Assembly: GCA_965226375.1 (NCBI GenBank)
Contig: CBDDCX010000007.1
Coordinates: 192,001-256,000 of the forward strand
Length of the DNA: 64,000 nt
Direction of reading: 5' to 3'
DNA from: Longimicrobiales bacterium
Lineage (GTDB): Bacteria > Gemmatimonadota > Gemmatimonadetes > Longimicrobiales > Gaopeijiaceae
Both the position numbers and the translations under genes were made by a program. How positions within the stretch are numbered: position 1 is the stretch's first letter; each line of letters begins with the position of its first letter. Shown piece by piece: positions 19,879-28,663 of this stretch. A model generated the notes under the pieces. That model saw only the letters and a program-made list of their open reading frames with translations. It was not told the DNA's origin and ran no database searches.

Positions 19879-20771
19879 GACACTACCTCCGACGCGTCAC
19901 GACCCGTGATGACATCGAACACACGCTCGAAGTCCTCGGAGTTCCGGTACGGAATCTCGATGACGCCTGCTCCTCCTCGACCCACACGGACGTGGGCCTT
20001 CGTGGCCAGGGCCGATCGGAGCTCCTCCTCGAGCACCCGAACGACCGGATCACGGGTCTCCGTCGACCGAGGTCCGGACTTCTTCTGCGGTGCGCCACTC
20101 CGAACACGCCGCTCTACCTCTCGTACGGACCAGCCCAACTGGACCGCACGTCGGGCAAGTTCGCCCAACTGAACAGGGTCACTCACCCCCAGAAGAGCAC
20201 GTGCGTGTCCCGTGGTCAGGTCTCCAATCTCGACAAGCTTCCGGACGGAGACGGGTAGCTGGAGCAAACGTAGCATATTGGCGACCGTGGATCGACTCTT
20301 ACCAACCGAATTGGCGATCGCCCCATGGCTCAGCCCGTGTTGGGCCTCCAGGGCTTGATAGCCCTCCGCTTCTTCGATGGGGCTCAGAGCCTCGCGCTGG
20401 AGATTCTCCACGAGCGCCAGTATCAGGAGAGTATCGTCATCCACCTGGCGGGTCAGCGCCGGGACATCCACCCAGCCGAGCCGCCTGACCGCTCGAAGGC
20501 GACGCTCCCCCGCGACCAGCTCGTATCGGTTCGTGGCGCCGGGGGCGGGGCGGACCAGAAGTGGCTGAAGGAGGCCGTTTTCATCGATAGAGCGAGCCAG
20601 GTCGTCCAGCTCGGCGTCGGAAAACCTCCTGCGGGGCTGCTTGGGGTTCGGGCCGATCGCCGACACGGGCAACCGGTGAGCTTCCGCAGCTGTAGCTTCC
20701 GGATCCAGGTAGTCGCTGAGAAGGGCCCCGAGGCCCTTGCCCAACCGATCCTTCTTCGGTGGGGGAGTCAC
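19875..20771 (-). CDS. parB: chromosome partitioning protein ParB
   Basis: LGKGLGALL, NPKQPRR, GLLQPLLVR, AGERRLRA, ENLQREAL, HTH. Confidence 0.95.
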   Translation of the reverse strand: MTPPPKKDRLGKGLGALLSDYLDPEATAAEAHRLPVSAIGPNPKQPRRRFSDAELDDLARSIDENGLLQPLLVRPAPGATNRYELVAGERRLRAVRRLGWVDVPALTRQVDDDTLLILALVENLQREALSPIEEAEGYQALEAQHGLSHGAIANSVGKSRSTVANMLRLLQLPVSVRKLVEIGDLTTGHARALLGVSDPVQLGELARRAVQLGWSVREVERRVRSGAPQKKSGPRSTETRDPVVRVLEEELRSALATKAHVRVGRGGAGVIEIPYRNSEDFERVFDVITGRDASEVVS

Positions 20772-20810
20772 TGGCTTTCGGCCTCCAATGGATGCACGGC
20801 TAACACCACT

Positions 20811-21590
20811 CTACGCCGCTGCGGGTCCGCGTCCCACCAGAACCTCCTTGGCGAGAGCCAAATAGCTCTGGGCCCCCTGCGAGAGCACGTCGTACTGCAC
20901 GATCGGCTGCCCGAAGGAGGGGGCCTCGGCCAAGCGGACGTTGCGGGGGATGGCGGTGCGATACACACGATCCTGAAAATACTCACGTGCCTCCGCGGCA
21001 ACCTGCCGCGAGAGGTTCAGGCGGCGATCGAACATCGTGAGAAGTACACCCTCGATTTCGAGTCCCGGATTCAGGGCCCTCTGGACCAGTCGGACCGTGT
21101 TCAGGAGCTGACTCAGCCCCTCCAGAGCATAGAACTCGCATTGGATCGGAATCAGCACCGAGTCCGCAGCCGTTAGGGTATTGAGGGTCAGCAAGCCGAG
21201 GGAAGGGGGGCAATCCACGAGAATGTAGTCGTATGCGGTCCGAATCGACTCCAGGGCCCGCCTGAGGACCGTCTCTCGACTCAGGGCACCCACGAGCTCG
21301 ATCTCGGCTCCCACCAGATCCCGGGTACTGGGCATGAGGTCCAGGAAGGGGAACTGGACCGACTTGATTACGGCCTCCTCGGCCTCCCGCCCGCCGATGA
21401 GGACATCGTACACTGTAAGGCGCTCGGGATCGATGGAAACTCCAAGGCCGCTGCTGGCATTTCCCTGCGGATCCATGTCGATCACCAGGGTGCGGCACTC
21501 GGCTACAGCGAGCGAGGCGCCGAGGTTGATTGCGGTGGTGGTCTTGCCGACCCCGCCTTTTTGGTTAGCGATGGCTATTACGCGCGACAT
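20811..21590 (-). CDS. parA: chromosome partitioning ATPase ParA/Soj
   Basis: NQKGGVGKTTT deviant Walker A, DPQGNA, DCPPSLG, QCEFYALEG; start moved to ATG 21590. Confidence 0.95.
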   Translation of the reverse strand: MSRVIAIANQKGGVGKTTTAINLGASLAVAECRTLVIDMDPQGNASSGLGVSIDPERLTVYDVLIGGREAEEAVIKSVQFPFLDLMPSTRDLVGAEIELVGALSRETVLRRALESIRTAYDYILVDCPPSLGLLTLNTLTAADSVLIPIQCEFYALEGLSQLLNTVRLVQRALNPGLEIEGVLLTMFDRRLNLSRQVAAEAREYFQDRVYRTAIPRNVRLAEAPSFGQPIVQYDVLSQGAQSYLALAKEVLVGRGPAAA

Positions 21591-21762
21591 CCATGGACCG
21601 TTTGGATGTGAATTCTCTTGGCGAGGCGGGAATATACGGCTGGCGGCGGACACGGTAAAGCGAGGACGTGCTGTTCCGCGGGCTTCGGACCAGTGATAGA
21701 TTCATTGCCGGAAGCTCCCGGAAGGAGCCCGAGGCTTTGACAATCCACACGAGGCAACATCG

Positions 21763-22230
21763 TTGACGACCTGTACACCTCGCTGGGACCCCCGGTTATC
21801 CGCGTTCTTACTAGCTTTTGTCGCCATTGGTTGTGGAGGCGACGCTGAACCAACGGGACCCCAGGCCAATCCGGACTTCATGGTTGGCGAGTGGATCGCC
21901 GACTCGATGGTCCTGACCAGCAAGGCCAATCCCGAGATCGCGCCGGATATCACCGAGTTCGGTGCCGTCTTCACTTTGTCCGTGCAACCATCGGGACGTT
22001 ACACCGCCATCCTGGAGGGATCTGGCCAATCCTCCACCGAGTCGGGCACGCTCACGGTGGAGGGGCCCGATGTGGTGTTCATGCGCCAGTTACCGACACC
22101 CGGCGACTCGAGGGCACACTGGGAGCGGGTGGGATCATCCGTGATTCTTTCGGGCGACCCCGACTTCGACTTCAACCTCGATGGTACGTCGGAGCCGGCC
22201 ACCTTGCGTTCGGTCATCGTCCCCCGCTAG
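21763..22230 (+). CDS. putative lipoprotein (lipocalin-like beta protein)
   Basis: Lipobox-like VAIGC after a hydrophobic stretch; VGEW motif. Confidence 0.6.
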   Translation: MTTCTPRWDPRLSAFLLAFVAIGCGGDAEPTGPQANPDFMVGEWIADSMVLTSKANPEIAPDITEFGAVFTLSVQPSGRYTAILEGSGQSSTESGTLTVEGPDVVFMRQLPTPGDSRAHWERVGSSVILSGDPDFDFNLDGTSEPATLRSVIVPR

Positions 22231-22256
22231 GGCCACCCCCACCCGCAGTTCTCAAC

Positions 22257-22272
22257 TGTTTCACGTGAAACA
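22257..22272. promoter_or_regulatory. parS: parS site 1
   Basis: Perfect consensus TGTTTCACGTGAAACA. Confidence 0.92.
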
Positions 22273-22280
22273 GGGGCAGG

Positions 22281-22296
22281 TGTTTCACGTGAAACA
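22281..22296. promoter_or_regulatory. parS: parS site 2
   Basis: Perfect consensus TGTTTCACGTGAAACA, 8 bp from site 1. Confidence 0.92.
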
Positions 22297-22343
22297 CCCC
22301 GACCGACCGTTTGGCCACACCCGGTGCGGACTTCCGATACTAT

Positions 22344-22407
22344 CTACGGGTTTTCCCGTTGACAACCGACAAGCCATTTGCAATATTGCTACGGGAGAAC
22401 CCGTAGC
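22344..22407 (+). promoter_or_regulatory. blaI-family promoter with two operator palindromes
   Basis: CTACGGG-TTTT-CCCGTTG 22344-22361 overlaps -35 TTGACA (22359-22364); -10-like AATATT at 22382-22387; GCTACGGG-AGAA-CCCGTAGC at 22388-22407. Confidence 0.7.
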
Positions 22408-22421
22408 TAGAGGGACGACCC

Positions 22422-22814
22422 ATGCCTGAAGATGCGTTCACCCCCCGAGAGTTGGACGTCATGTCCATCCTCTGGGATCTGGGCTCGGCCACCGTTGCCG
22501 AGGTCAGAGAGCGAATGGTCGATTCGCTCGCGTACACGACTGTGCTCTCGGCTTTGCAGATCCTGGAGGAGAAGGGTCACGTCAGACACGAGGCCGAAGG
22601 ACGTGCGTACCGCTACCACCCGACGGTGGACTGGCGGACGGCGGGCGGGCGGGAGCTTCGCCGCCTTCTCAAGAAAATATTCAAGGGCTCGCCCGAGCTT
22701 CTCCTTGTCCAGCTCGTCTCGGATCGGCGTGTGGACGAGGAGCAGCTCCGCAGGATCCGCAAGCTCGTCGACGACCGCCTGGGGAAGGACTCGGCGGAAG
22801 AGGAGGAAGACTGA
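22422..22814 (+). CDS. BlaI/MecI/CopY family repressor
   Basis: RELDVMSILW..ATVAEV..LAYTTVLSALQILEEKGHV..GRAYRY. Confidence 0.92.
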   Translation: MPEDAFTPRELDVMSILWDLGSATVAEVRERMVDSLAYTTVLSALQILEEKGHVRHEAEGRAYRYHPTVDWRTAGGRELRRLLKKIFKGSPELLLVQLVSDRRVDEEQLRRIRKLVDDRLGKDSAEEEED

Positions 22815-24052
22815 TGCTTCTGAGCTTGATGGTCTACGTGACCGTGGTGAGCCTGCTGCTCGCCCTTGCGGCCTGGACGTGCGAACGCGCGGTGCGCGGG
22901 CTCGCCTTTCCCACCCGCTGGATCTGGGCGTCCGCCCTTGCCGGCTCCCTCGGTCTCACGCTGTTCGTCCTCCCTTGGCCCGGCGGTGTCTCGACTCCCC
23001 TGGAACTCGTCACGGCCGACGCTGCTTCTGGCCCGATTGCGGCTCCACTCACCGCCCTGACCAACGGCCTCACTCTTCCCAACGGCCTCGACCCCTACGT
23101 CGGCGCTGCCTGGGCCGTCCTGTCTCTCATGGTCGGTTTCATGCTGCTGCGCGCCCAGGTCGGCCTCTCGTCGGAGCGGTCGACGTGGACCCGGATGCAA
23201 CTCCGAGATCGTGAGATCTTCCTGGCCGAGGACTTCGGCCCGGGCGTGGTGGGGCTGATTCACTCGGCCATCGTGATGCCCCGCTGGGCCTTGGACATGA
23301 CCGAGCAGGAACAAGAGCTGATGCTCCGGCACGAGGCCGAGCACCGAGCGGCCCACGATGTCTGGTTGACGTCGGGGGCCCTGTGGCTCTTGGCCCTACT
23401 CCCTTGGAGCGTCCCCCTTTGGTGGACCGTTCGCCGGCTTCGATTGGCCATCGAGATCGACTGCGACTACCGAGTGCTTCGGCGCTCCTCGGAGGTAATG
23501 CACTACGCCGGCCTTCTGGTCGAGATCGGGGCCAGGAGGATGACATCACCGGCGGGTGCACTGGCGTTCGCGCGTCCCGCCCCATTCCTCGAGCGGAGAA
23601 TTCGGGCCATGACCGACAACCCCAAACCCCGCTTTCTCCGTGCCCTCAGGATGATCGTCATTACGGGCCTCTTGGTCGTGACCGCGTGCCAGATGGACCA
23701 GATCCCGACGGCACCGCCGCAGCGCTCGGTCGCGGCTGAGGACGGGCCGTACTTTACGCCGATGACGGTCAGGCCCGAAATCACCAATCGCGGTGAGATC
23801 GTTCAGACCCTGATCCGTGCGTACCCCCGAGACCTTCGGGACGCAGGTGTCGGTGGACAGGCCCTGGTCTGGTTCTACATTGATGAGACGGGAAAGACGG
23901 TCGAGAACCGCCTAGACCGGACTAGCGGGAACGACGCGCTGGACGCAGTCGCCCTCGAGGTGGCGAGCATCTACGAATTCACCCCTGCGTACCTCAGGGA
24001 GGAGCCCACGAGCGTGTGGGTACGGCTTCCCATGACATTCGAGGTTCGATAA
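22814..24052 (+). CDS. BlaR1-like M56 peptidase with C-terminal TonB_C domain
   Basis: TM helices, HEAEH (HExxH), EIDCD, LERRI; C-terminal YP..LRDAGVGGQALVWFYIDETG..SG..ALD..FTPA. Confidence 0.85.
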   Translation: MLLSLMVYVTVVSLLLALAAWTCERAVRGLAFPTRWIWASALAGSLGLTLFVLPWPGGVSTPLELVTADAASGPIAAPLTALTNGLTLPNGLDPYVGAAWAVLSLMVGFMLLRAQVGLSSERSTWTRMQLRDREIFLAEDFGPGVVGLIHSAIVMPRWALDMTEQEQELMLRHEAEHRAAHDVWLTSGALWLLALLPWSVPLWWTVRRLRLAIEIDCDYRVLRRSSEVMHYAGLLVEIGARRMTSPAGALAFARPAPFLERRIRAMTDNPKPRFLRALRMIVITGLLVVTACQMDQIPTAPPQRSVAAEDGPYFTPMTVRPEITNRGEIVQTLIRAYPRDLRDAGVGGQALVWFYIDETGKTVENRLDRTSGNDALDAVALEVASIYEFTPAYLREEPTSVWVRLPMTFEVR

Positions 24053-24503
24053 GCCCCAACCGGAAAGGCCATGGCAGGCGTGGTCGTCCTTACGAACCCG
24101 CCACCGGGCCAGGCGGCCCCGGTGGCGCAGACACTCGCCTCAGCAGTCTTGGATTGTGCGACCACATCGCTCGAGGGGGGCTAGGCGCGAGCATTTTTTA
24201 TCGCGATTCCCCATCCTCGAACGAGCCAGTCCGGGTGGTCCCGTTCTGCTGTCACCGTGCATTAATCACAAGAATTGCCAGGTTCCAACCTAACCCGTAC
24301 CTTCTACCCTACCCGCGCAGGCGCTAGAGACCATAAGTGCCCCCGCAGTCCTGCGCACCCGCCAAGGCAATTAGGCAACGCATCCACCCAGGCCACATAG
24401 CTTGTCGTGGCAGGCCTTGACCACAAGGTGGAAGCGACGTCCGAAGCAGCGAGCTAGCTGGCACATCACGCTATGCAGCATCACCCGTGAGAGGGAGGAT
24501 GTC

Positions 24504-24920
24504 ATGGACAAAACGACCACGATCCTGGTCGTTGAGGACAATCTCGACCACCAGCATCTGATCAAGTTGGTTCTAGCCAAGGGGTTACCTCACGTACGCG
24601 TGGACACGGCCGTAGCCGGCGAAGCCGCAAAGACGTATCTGGGTACGGAAGATCCCCCTGCATTGATCGTGTTAGACCACTGGCTCCCGGATATTACGGG
24701 CCTCCAGCTTTTGGAGTGGATCAGCGGCCACAAGCAGTATGCAGGAATTCCGGTGATCATGTTCACCAGCTCTGAAGATCCACAACATGCTCAACAGGCC
24801 TACGCGCTGGGTGTGCGTCGGTACTTGATCAAGCCTGCGGACTTCAACCAGCTGGTCTCGGTCATCAGAGAGACGCTTCGCCACTGGGTTAAATCGGAGC
24901 CTGACTCAGCAGCTGGGTGA
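24504..24920 (+). CDS. single-domain response regulator (CheY-like)
   Basis: ILVVEDN, LIVLDHWLP (phospho-Asp), MFTSS, YLIKP; GGAGG RBS before ATG 24504. Confidence 0.9.
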   Translation: MDKTTTILVVEDNLDHQHLIKLVLAKGLPHVRVDTAVAGEAAKTYLGTEDPPALIVLDHWLPDITGLQLLEWISGHKQYAGIPVIMFTSSEDPQHAQQAYALGVRRYLIKPADFNQLVSVIRETLRHWVKSEPDSAAG

Positions 24921-24937
24921 GGTATCCTCCACTCCCC

Positions 24938-26836
24938 TCAGTCCCCCGTCACCTGTGCCACATCCCCCCGCCGCCAGCGCCGCACCTCGAGGATCAGGTT
25001 GTGTAGGTCCGAGGGGGAGACCCCCGGAATGCGCGCCGCCTGAGCCAGGGACTCCGGACGGATCCGCGCCAGCTTCTCTCGCGCTTCGTACGAGACGCTC
25101 ACGAACGCGGCATAAGGGAGATCGTCAGGCAACACGAAGTCCGCCTGCTCTCTCAGCCTCTCTGCCCTTTCGACCTCACGCCGAACGTACCCTTCGTACT
25201 TGAGCTCCACCTCGACAGCGGCTACGGCGTCGATCTCCACACTGGGATCGAAGGGTGCGCCCCCAACCACAGCCAACTCCTTCGCGGGTACCTGCGGGCG
25301 CTTGAGCAAGTCGGCGGCTCGAACCGACTGCGTGATGGGAGGCGTCCCGACCTCGGCTAGAAGCGCATTCACGTCCGAGGGCCTCACCACCGTCTCCACG
25401 AACCACCTCCGGATGCGCGCCTCCTCCTCCAACCGTTCATCCAGCACCGTCTCCTGATGCGCCGTCAACAAGCCGGCATCACGGGCAACGGGTCCCAACC
25501 GCTTGGGGGCGTTGTCCTGCCGCAGCATGAGCCTGAATTCAGCGCGCGAAGTGAACAGCCGGTACGGCTCGTCCACACCCTTGGTGACCAGATCGTCGAT
25601 CAGAACCCCGATGTAGGCCTGATCCCTCTCCAAGATGAACGGACCCCTACCGAGAGCGCTCAGGCCGGCGTTGGCTCCGGCGATCAGCCCCTGGCCCGCT
25701 GCCTCTTCGTACCCGGTGGTCCCGTTTATCTGTCCGGCAAAGTAGAGGCCAGGAATCTCCCTCACCTCCAGCGTGTGCCGAAGCTGGTGGGGTGGGAAGT
25801 AGTCGTACTCGATGGCGTATCCGACCTTGGTCACCTGGGCGCGCTCGAGCCCCGGAACGGTCCTCAGGAACTCCACCTGGACCTCCGGCGGGAGGGACGT
25901 GGACAGCCCGTTCACATAGAGCTCCGTCGTCTCCAGTCCCTCGGGCTCCAGGAACACCTGGTGCCGGGGCGAGTCGGGGAAGCGGACGACCTTGTCCTCG
26001 ATCGACGGGCAGTACCGGGGTCCGCGTCCGGAGATCTCACCGCCGAACAGCGCACTGCGATCGAGGTTGTTCTGCACCACCCTCCGTAGGCCCTCCCCGG
26101 TCCACGTGATCCAACAGGGGCGCTGCTCGGGAACGCTCTCCCGCACGTACGCCGCAAACCGGAAGTCCTCCGGATCTCCGTCCTGCCGTTCGATCCGGGA
26201 GTAGTCGACCGTTCGCCCGTCGATACGGGGCGGCGTTCCCGTCTTGAAGCGGGCGATCTCCAACCCGCGAGCCTCCAACTCTTCGGCCAACGCAATGGAC
26301 GGCGCTTCTCCGGCACGGCCCGCCCCCACTCCGGCCTCACCGCCGATGTGGATGCGCCCCCGCAGGAACGTCCCCGCCGTCACGACGACGGTCTCCGCAC
26401 GGAACTCCAGACCACCACGGGTCCGGACGCCAACAGCTCGGCCCCCCTCCATGAGCAGTCCGGCGACCATCTCCTGGAAGAGGGCCAGACTCGATAGCTC
26501 ATCCAACGCACGCCGCACCGCCCTCGGGTACAGGCCCCGGTCGCACTGTGCGCGGGGACTCCAGACAGCAGGTCCCTTTCGGCGATTGAGCATCCGAAAC
26601 TGGATGCGGGAGGCGTCCGTGGCGCGGCCCATGATCCCGCCTAGGGCATCCACCTCGCGCGCCACCACCCCTTTGGCGATCCCACCGATGGCCGGATTGC
26701 AGCTCATCTGCCCCACCCGGGACAGGTCGGGCGTAATCAGAAGAGTATGCGCTCCAACCCGGGCGGCGGCAGCGGCCGCTTCCGAGCCGGCGTGGCCTCC
26801 CCCGACGACAATCACGTCGTAGCGTTCGCCGATCAC
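24938..26836 (-). CDS. mnmG: tRNA U34 modification enzyme MnmG (GidA)
   Basis: GGGHAGSEAA, MSCNPAIGG, FKTGTPPR, GPRYCPSIEDK, AGQINGTTGYEEAA. Confidence 0.97.
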   Translation of the reverse strand: MIGERYDVIVVGGGHAGSEAAAAAARVGAHTLLITPDLSRVGQMSCNPAIGGIAKGVVAREVDALGGIMGRATDASRIQFRMLNRRKGPAVWSPRAQCDRGLYPRAVRRALDELSSLALFQEMVAGLLMEGGRAVGVRTRGGLEFRAETVVVTAGTFLRGRIHIGGEAGVGAGRAGEAPSIALAEELEARGLEIARFKTGTPPRIDGRTVDYSRIERQDGDPEDFRFAAYVRESVPEQRPCWITWTGEGLRRVVQNNLDRSALFGGEISGRGPRYCPSIEDKVVRFPDSPRHQVFLEPEGLETTELYVNGLSTSLPPEVQVEFLRTVPGLERAQVTKVGYAIEYDYFPPHQLRHTLEVREIPGLYFAGQINGTTGYEEAAGQGLIAGANAGLSALGRGPFILERDQAYIGVLIDDLVTKGVDEPYRLFTSRAEFRLMLRQDNAPKRLGPVARDAGLLTAHQETVLDERLEEEARIRRWFVETVVRPSDVNALLAEVGTPPITQSVRAADLLKRPQVPAKELAVVGGAPFDPSVEIDAVAAVEVELKYEGYVRREVERAERLREQADFVLPDDLPYAAFVSVSYEAREKLARIRPESLAQAARIPGVSPSDLHNLILEVRRWRRGDVAQVTGD

Positions 26837-26855
26837 AGGCAGCGCCCCCACGTCA

Positions 26856-27161
26856 TCACAGGATTCCAAAGTTCGAAACGATCTCGAAGTCAACCGGCAG
26901 CGGCCTGTCGGACAATACCCGCTCCACGCCGTCTACCCGGGACCCCGGAGGTCCGTCGCCCAGCTGAGCCTCGAATCGCTCGACGGACTCCCTGTCACCG
27001 GCGGCGTGCACCTCCACGCTTCCGTCCGTGCGGTTCAAGACCACACCCCGCAACCCGAGGTCGCCGGCCACTCGGCGGGTCCACCATCGGAAGCCGACGC
27101 CCTGGACCCGGCCCTGGATCCGGAATCCCACCTGGAGAGCAGTTTGTTTTTCCGTCATCAC
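26856..27161 (-). CDS. acyP: acylphosphatase
   Basis: GRVQGVGFR and NRTDGSVE. Confidence 0.9.
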   Translation of the reverse strand: MMTEKQTALQVGFRIQGRVQGVGFRWWTRRVAGDLGLRGVVLNRTDGSVEVHAAGDRESVERFEAQLGDGPPGSRVDGVERVLSDRPLPVDFEIVSNFGIL

Positions 27162-28663
27162 TTGCCGATACAGAAGTCGCGAAAGACCCGGTCGAGAACC
27201 TGGTCGTTGGATATCACACCGAGCAACTCTTCGAGTGCCGTTTCCGCCGGTCGCAAGTGGGTCGAAGCCATCTCAGCCGGCACCGCGCCCTTCAGCGCCT
27301 CGATGAACTCGGCCACGTGGGCCAGTGCGGCCCGCACCCCCTCCCGGTGCCGGGCCCGGGTCAGAGCAGGCACGGATACACCGGTACGTACGAATCCACG
27401 ATAGACGAGCGTTGGCAGAAGCTCCTTCAGGCGCGCGATACCGGTCCCATCGAGTACGGAGATTTCAACCGTGTCCGCGACCGCGAGTGCAGCCTGGGGT
27501 TGCGAGCCCGCACCTTTCATGATGGGTTCGTGCACCGTCCCCGACCCTGCCAGATCGGCCTTGGTTCTGAGCACCACCACCGGCACATCGCCCAGCTCGT
27601 CCACGAACTTCAGCTCATCCTCCAACAGCGCTCGACCGCCCTCTACACACAGGAGCACCAGGTCCGCACGGTTCAAGTACCGGCGCGCCACCTCAACGCC
27701 GAGGCGCTCCACCGTCTCCTCCGTATCACGGATGCCTGCCGTATCGACCAACCGGAACGGAAACCCCCCTAGCGATACGACCGCCTCCAGAGCATCTCGA
27801 GTCGTTCCCGGAACTTCGGTGACGATGGCGCGATCCTGGCCGAGAAGAGCGTTGAAGAGACTGGACTTGCCGGAGTTGGGTATGCCTGCGAGGACCGTGA
27901 GGGCTCCCTCGCGGAGAAGCTCGCCCTCCGGGGCCGTGCTCAGAAGTTCGTCGAGGGCATCGAACAGGCCCTTCGCCTCCTTCAGAACGCGCTCCACGGG
28001 GACCGGTGCCTCGTCTTCCTCGGGAAAGTCGATGTGGTGCACCAGAAGAGCCTCCACGGTTACCAGTTGCTCCCGAAGCGCCCCGATTCTCTGGCTGAGG
28101 CCACGATCCAATTGAAACAGGGCACTGTCGTGCAGCGCCCGGCTGTGTCCCTCCACCAGATCCAGCACGGCCTCGGCCTGCACCAGGTCCATCTTGCCAT
28201 GGAGCACGGCCCTTCGAGTGAACTCCCCGGGCTCGGCAAGGCGCGCTCCGGCCGCCTGGCACGCCTCGAGGACGAGAGCGGGCACCAACCACCCGCCGTG
28301 ACTCGAGATCTCTACCACGTCCTCACCTGTATAGCTGTCCGGTGCCGGGAAGGTCGTGACCAGCGCGCGATCCAGGAGCCCCCCCGTGTTCGGATCCTGA
28401 AGGGCCAGGAGCCGTGGCGAGCGTGGGGGGACTGAGGCGGCGTGCTCGGGGGAAAGGGCCTGAAGAATATGGAAGGCTCGTTCTCCGGAGAGTCGAACCA
28501 ATGCGACCGCGCCCAGACCAGGGGCTGTCGCCACCGCGGCAATCGTGTCCACCACCGGCTCGGACCCCGCGCCGGAATCCGGCGCAGCCGGCAGACCCGT
28601 GGTCTGCTCAGTCACGGCGCCGGAATCCGGCGCCTCTTGCCGGCCCGAGGCCTGCTCAGTCAC
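27158..28663 (-). CDS. mnmE: tRNA modification GTPase MnmE
   Basis: DTIAAVAT, SYTGED, GEFTRRA, GIPNSGKSS, GTTRD, DTAG, terminal FCIGK. Start taken at the GTG overlapping the yidC end. Confidence 0.95.
   Translation of the reverse strand: MTEQASGRQEAPDSGAVTEQTTGLPAAPDSGAGSEPVVDTIAAVATAPGLGAVALVRLSGERAFHILQALSPEHAASVPPRSPRLLALQDPNTGGLLDRALVTTFPAPDSYTGEDVVEISSHGGWLVPALVLEACQAAGARLAEPGEFTRRAVLHGKMDLVQAEAVLDLVEGHSRALHDSALFQLDRGLSQRIGALREQLVTVEALLVHHIDFPEEDEAPVPVERVLKEAKGLFDALDELLSTAPEGELLREGALTVLAGIPNSGKSSLFNALLGQDRAIVTEVPGTTRDALEAVVSLGGFPFRLVDTAGIRDTEETVERLGVEVARRYLNRADLVLLCVEGGRALLEDELKFVDELGDVPVVVLRTKADLAGSGTVHEPIMKGAGSQPQAALAVADTVEISVLDGTGIARLKELLPTLVYRGFVRTGVSVPALTRARHREGVRAALAHVAEFIEALKGAVPAEMASTHLRPAETALEELLGVISNDQVLDRVFRDFCIGK
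28569..28663. repeat. imperfect 48-bp tandem duplication at the mnmE 5' end
   Basis: GCGCCGGAATCCGGCGC at 28569 and 28617; CTGCTCAGTCAC at 28604 and 28652. Confidence 0.85.

Noticed and set aside
21741..21749. CAATCCACA between parA and the lipoprotein gene as a DnaA box
   Set aside because: Single site with two mismatches; cannot be distinguished from chance.
24099..24127. 10-bp GC hairpin after the blaR-like gene as a riboswitch or ncRNA
   Set aside because: No recognisable aptamer motif and no U tract; at most a weak terminator or stabiliser.
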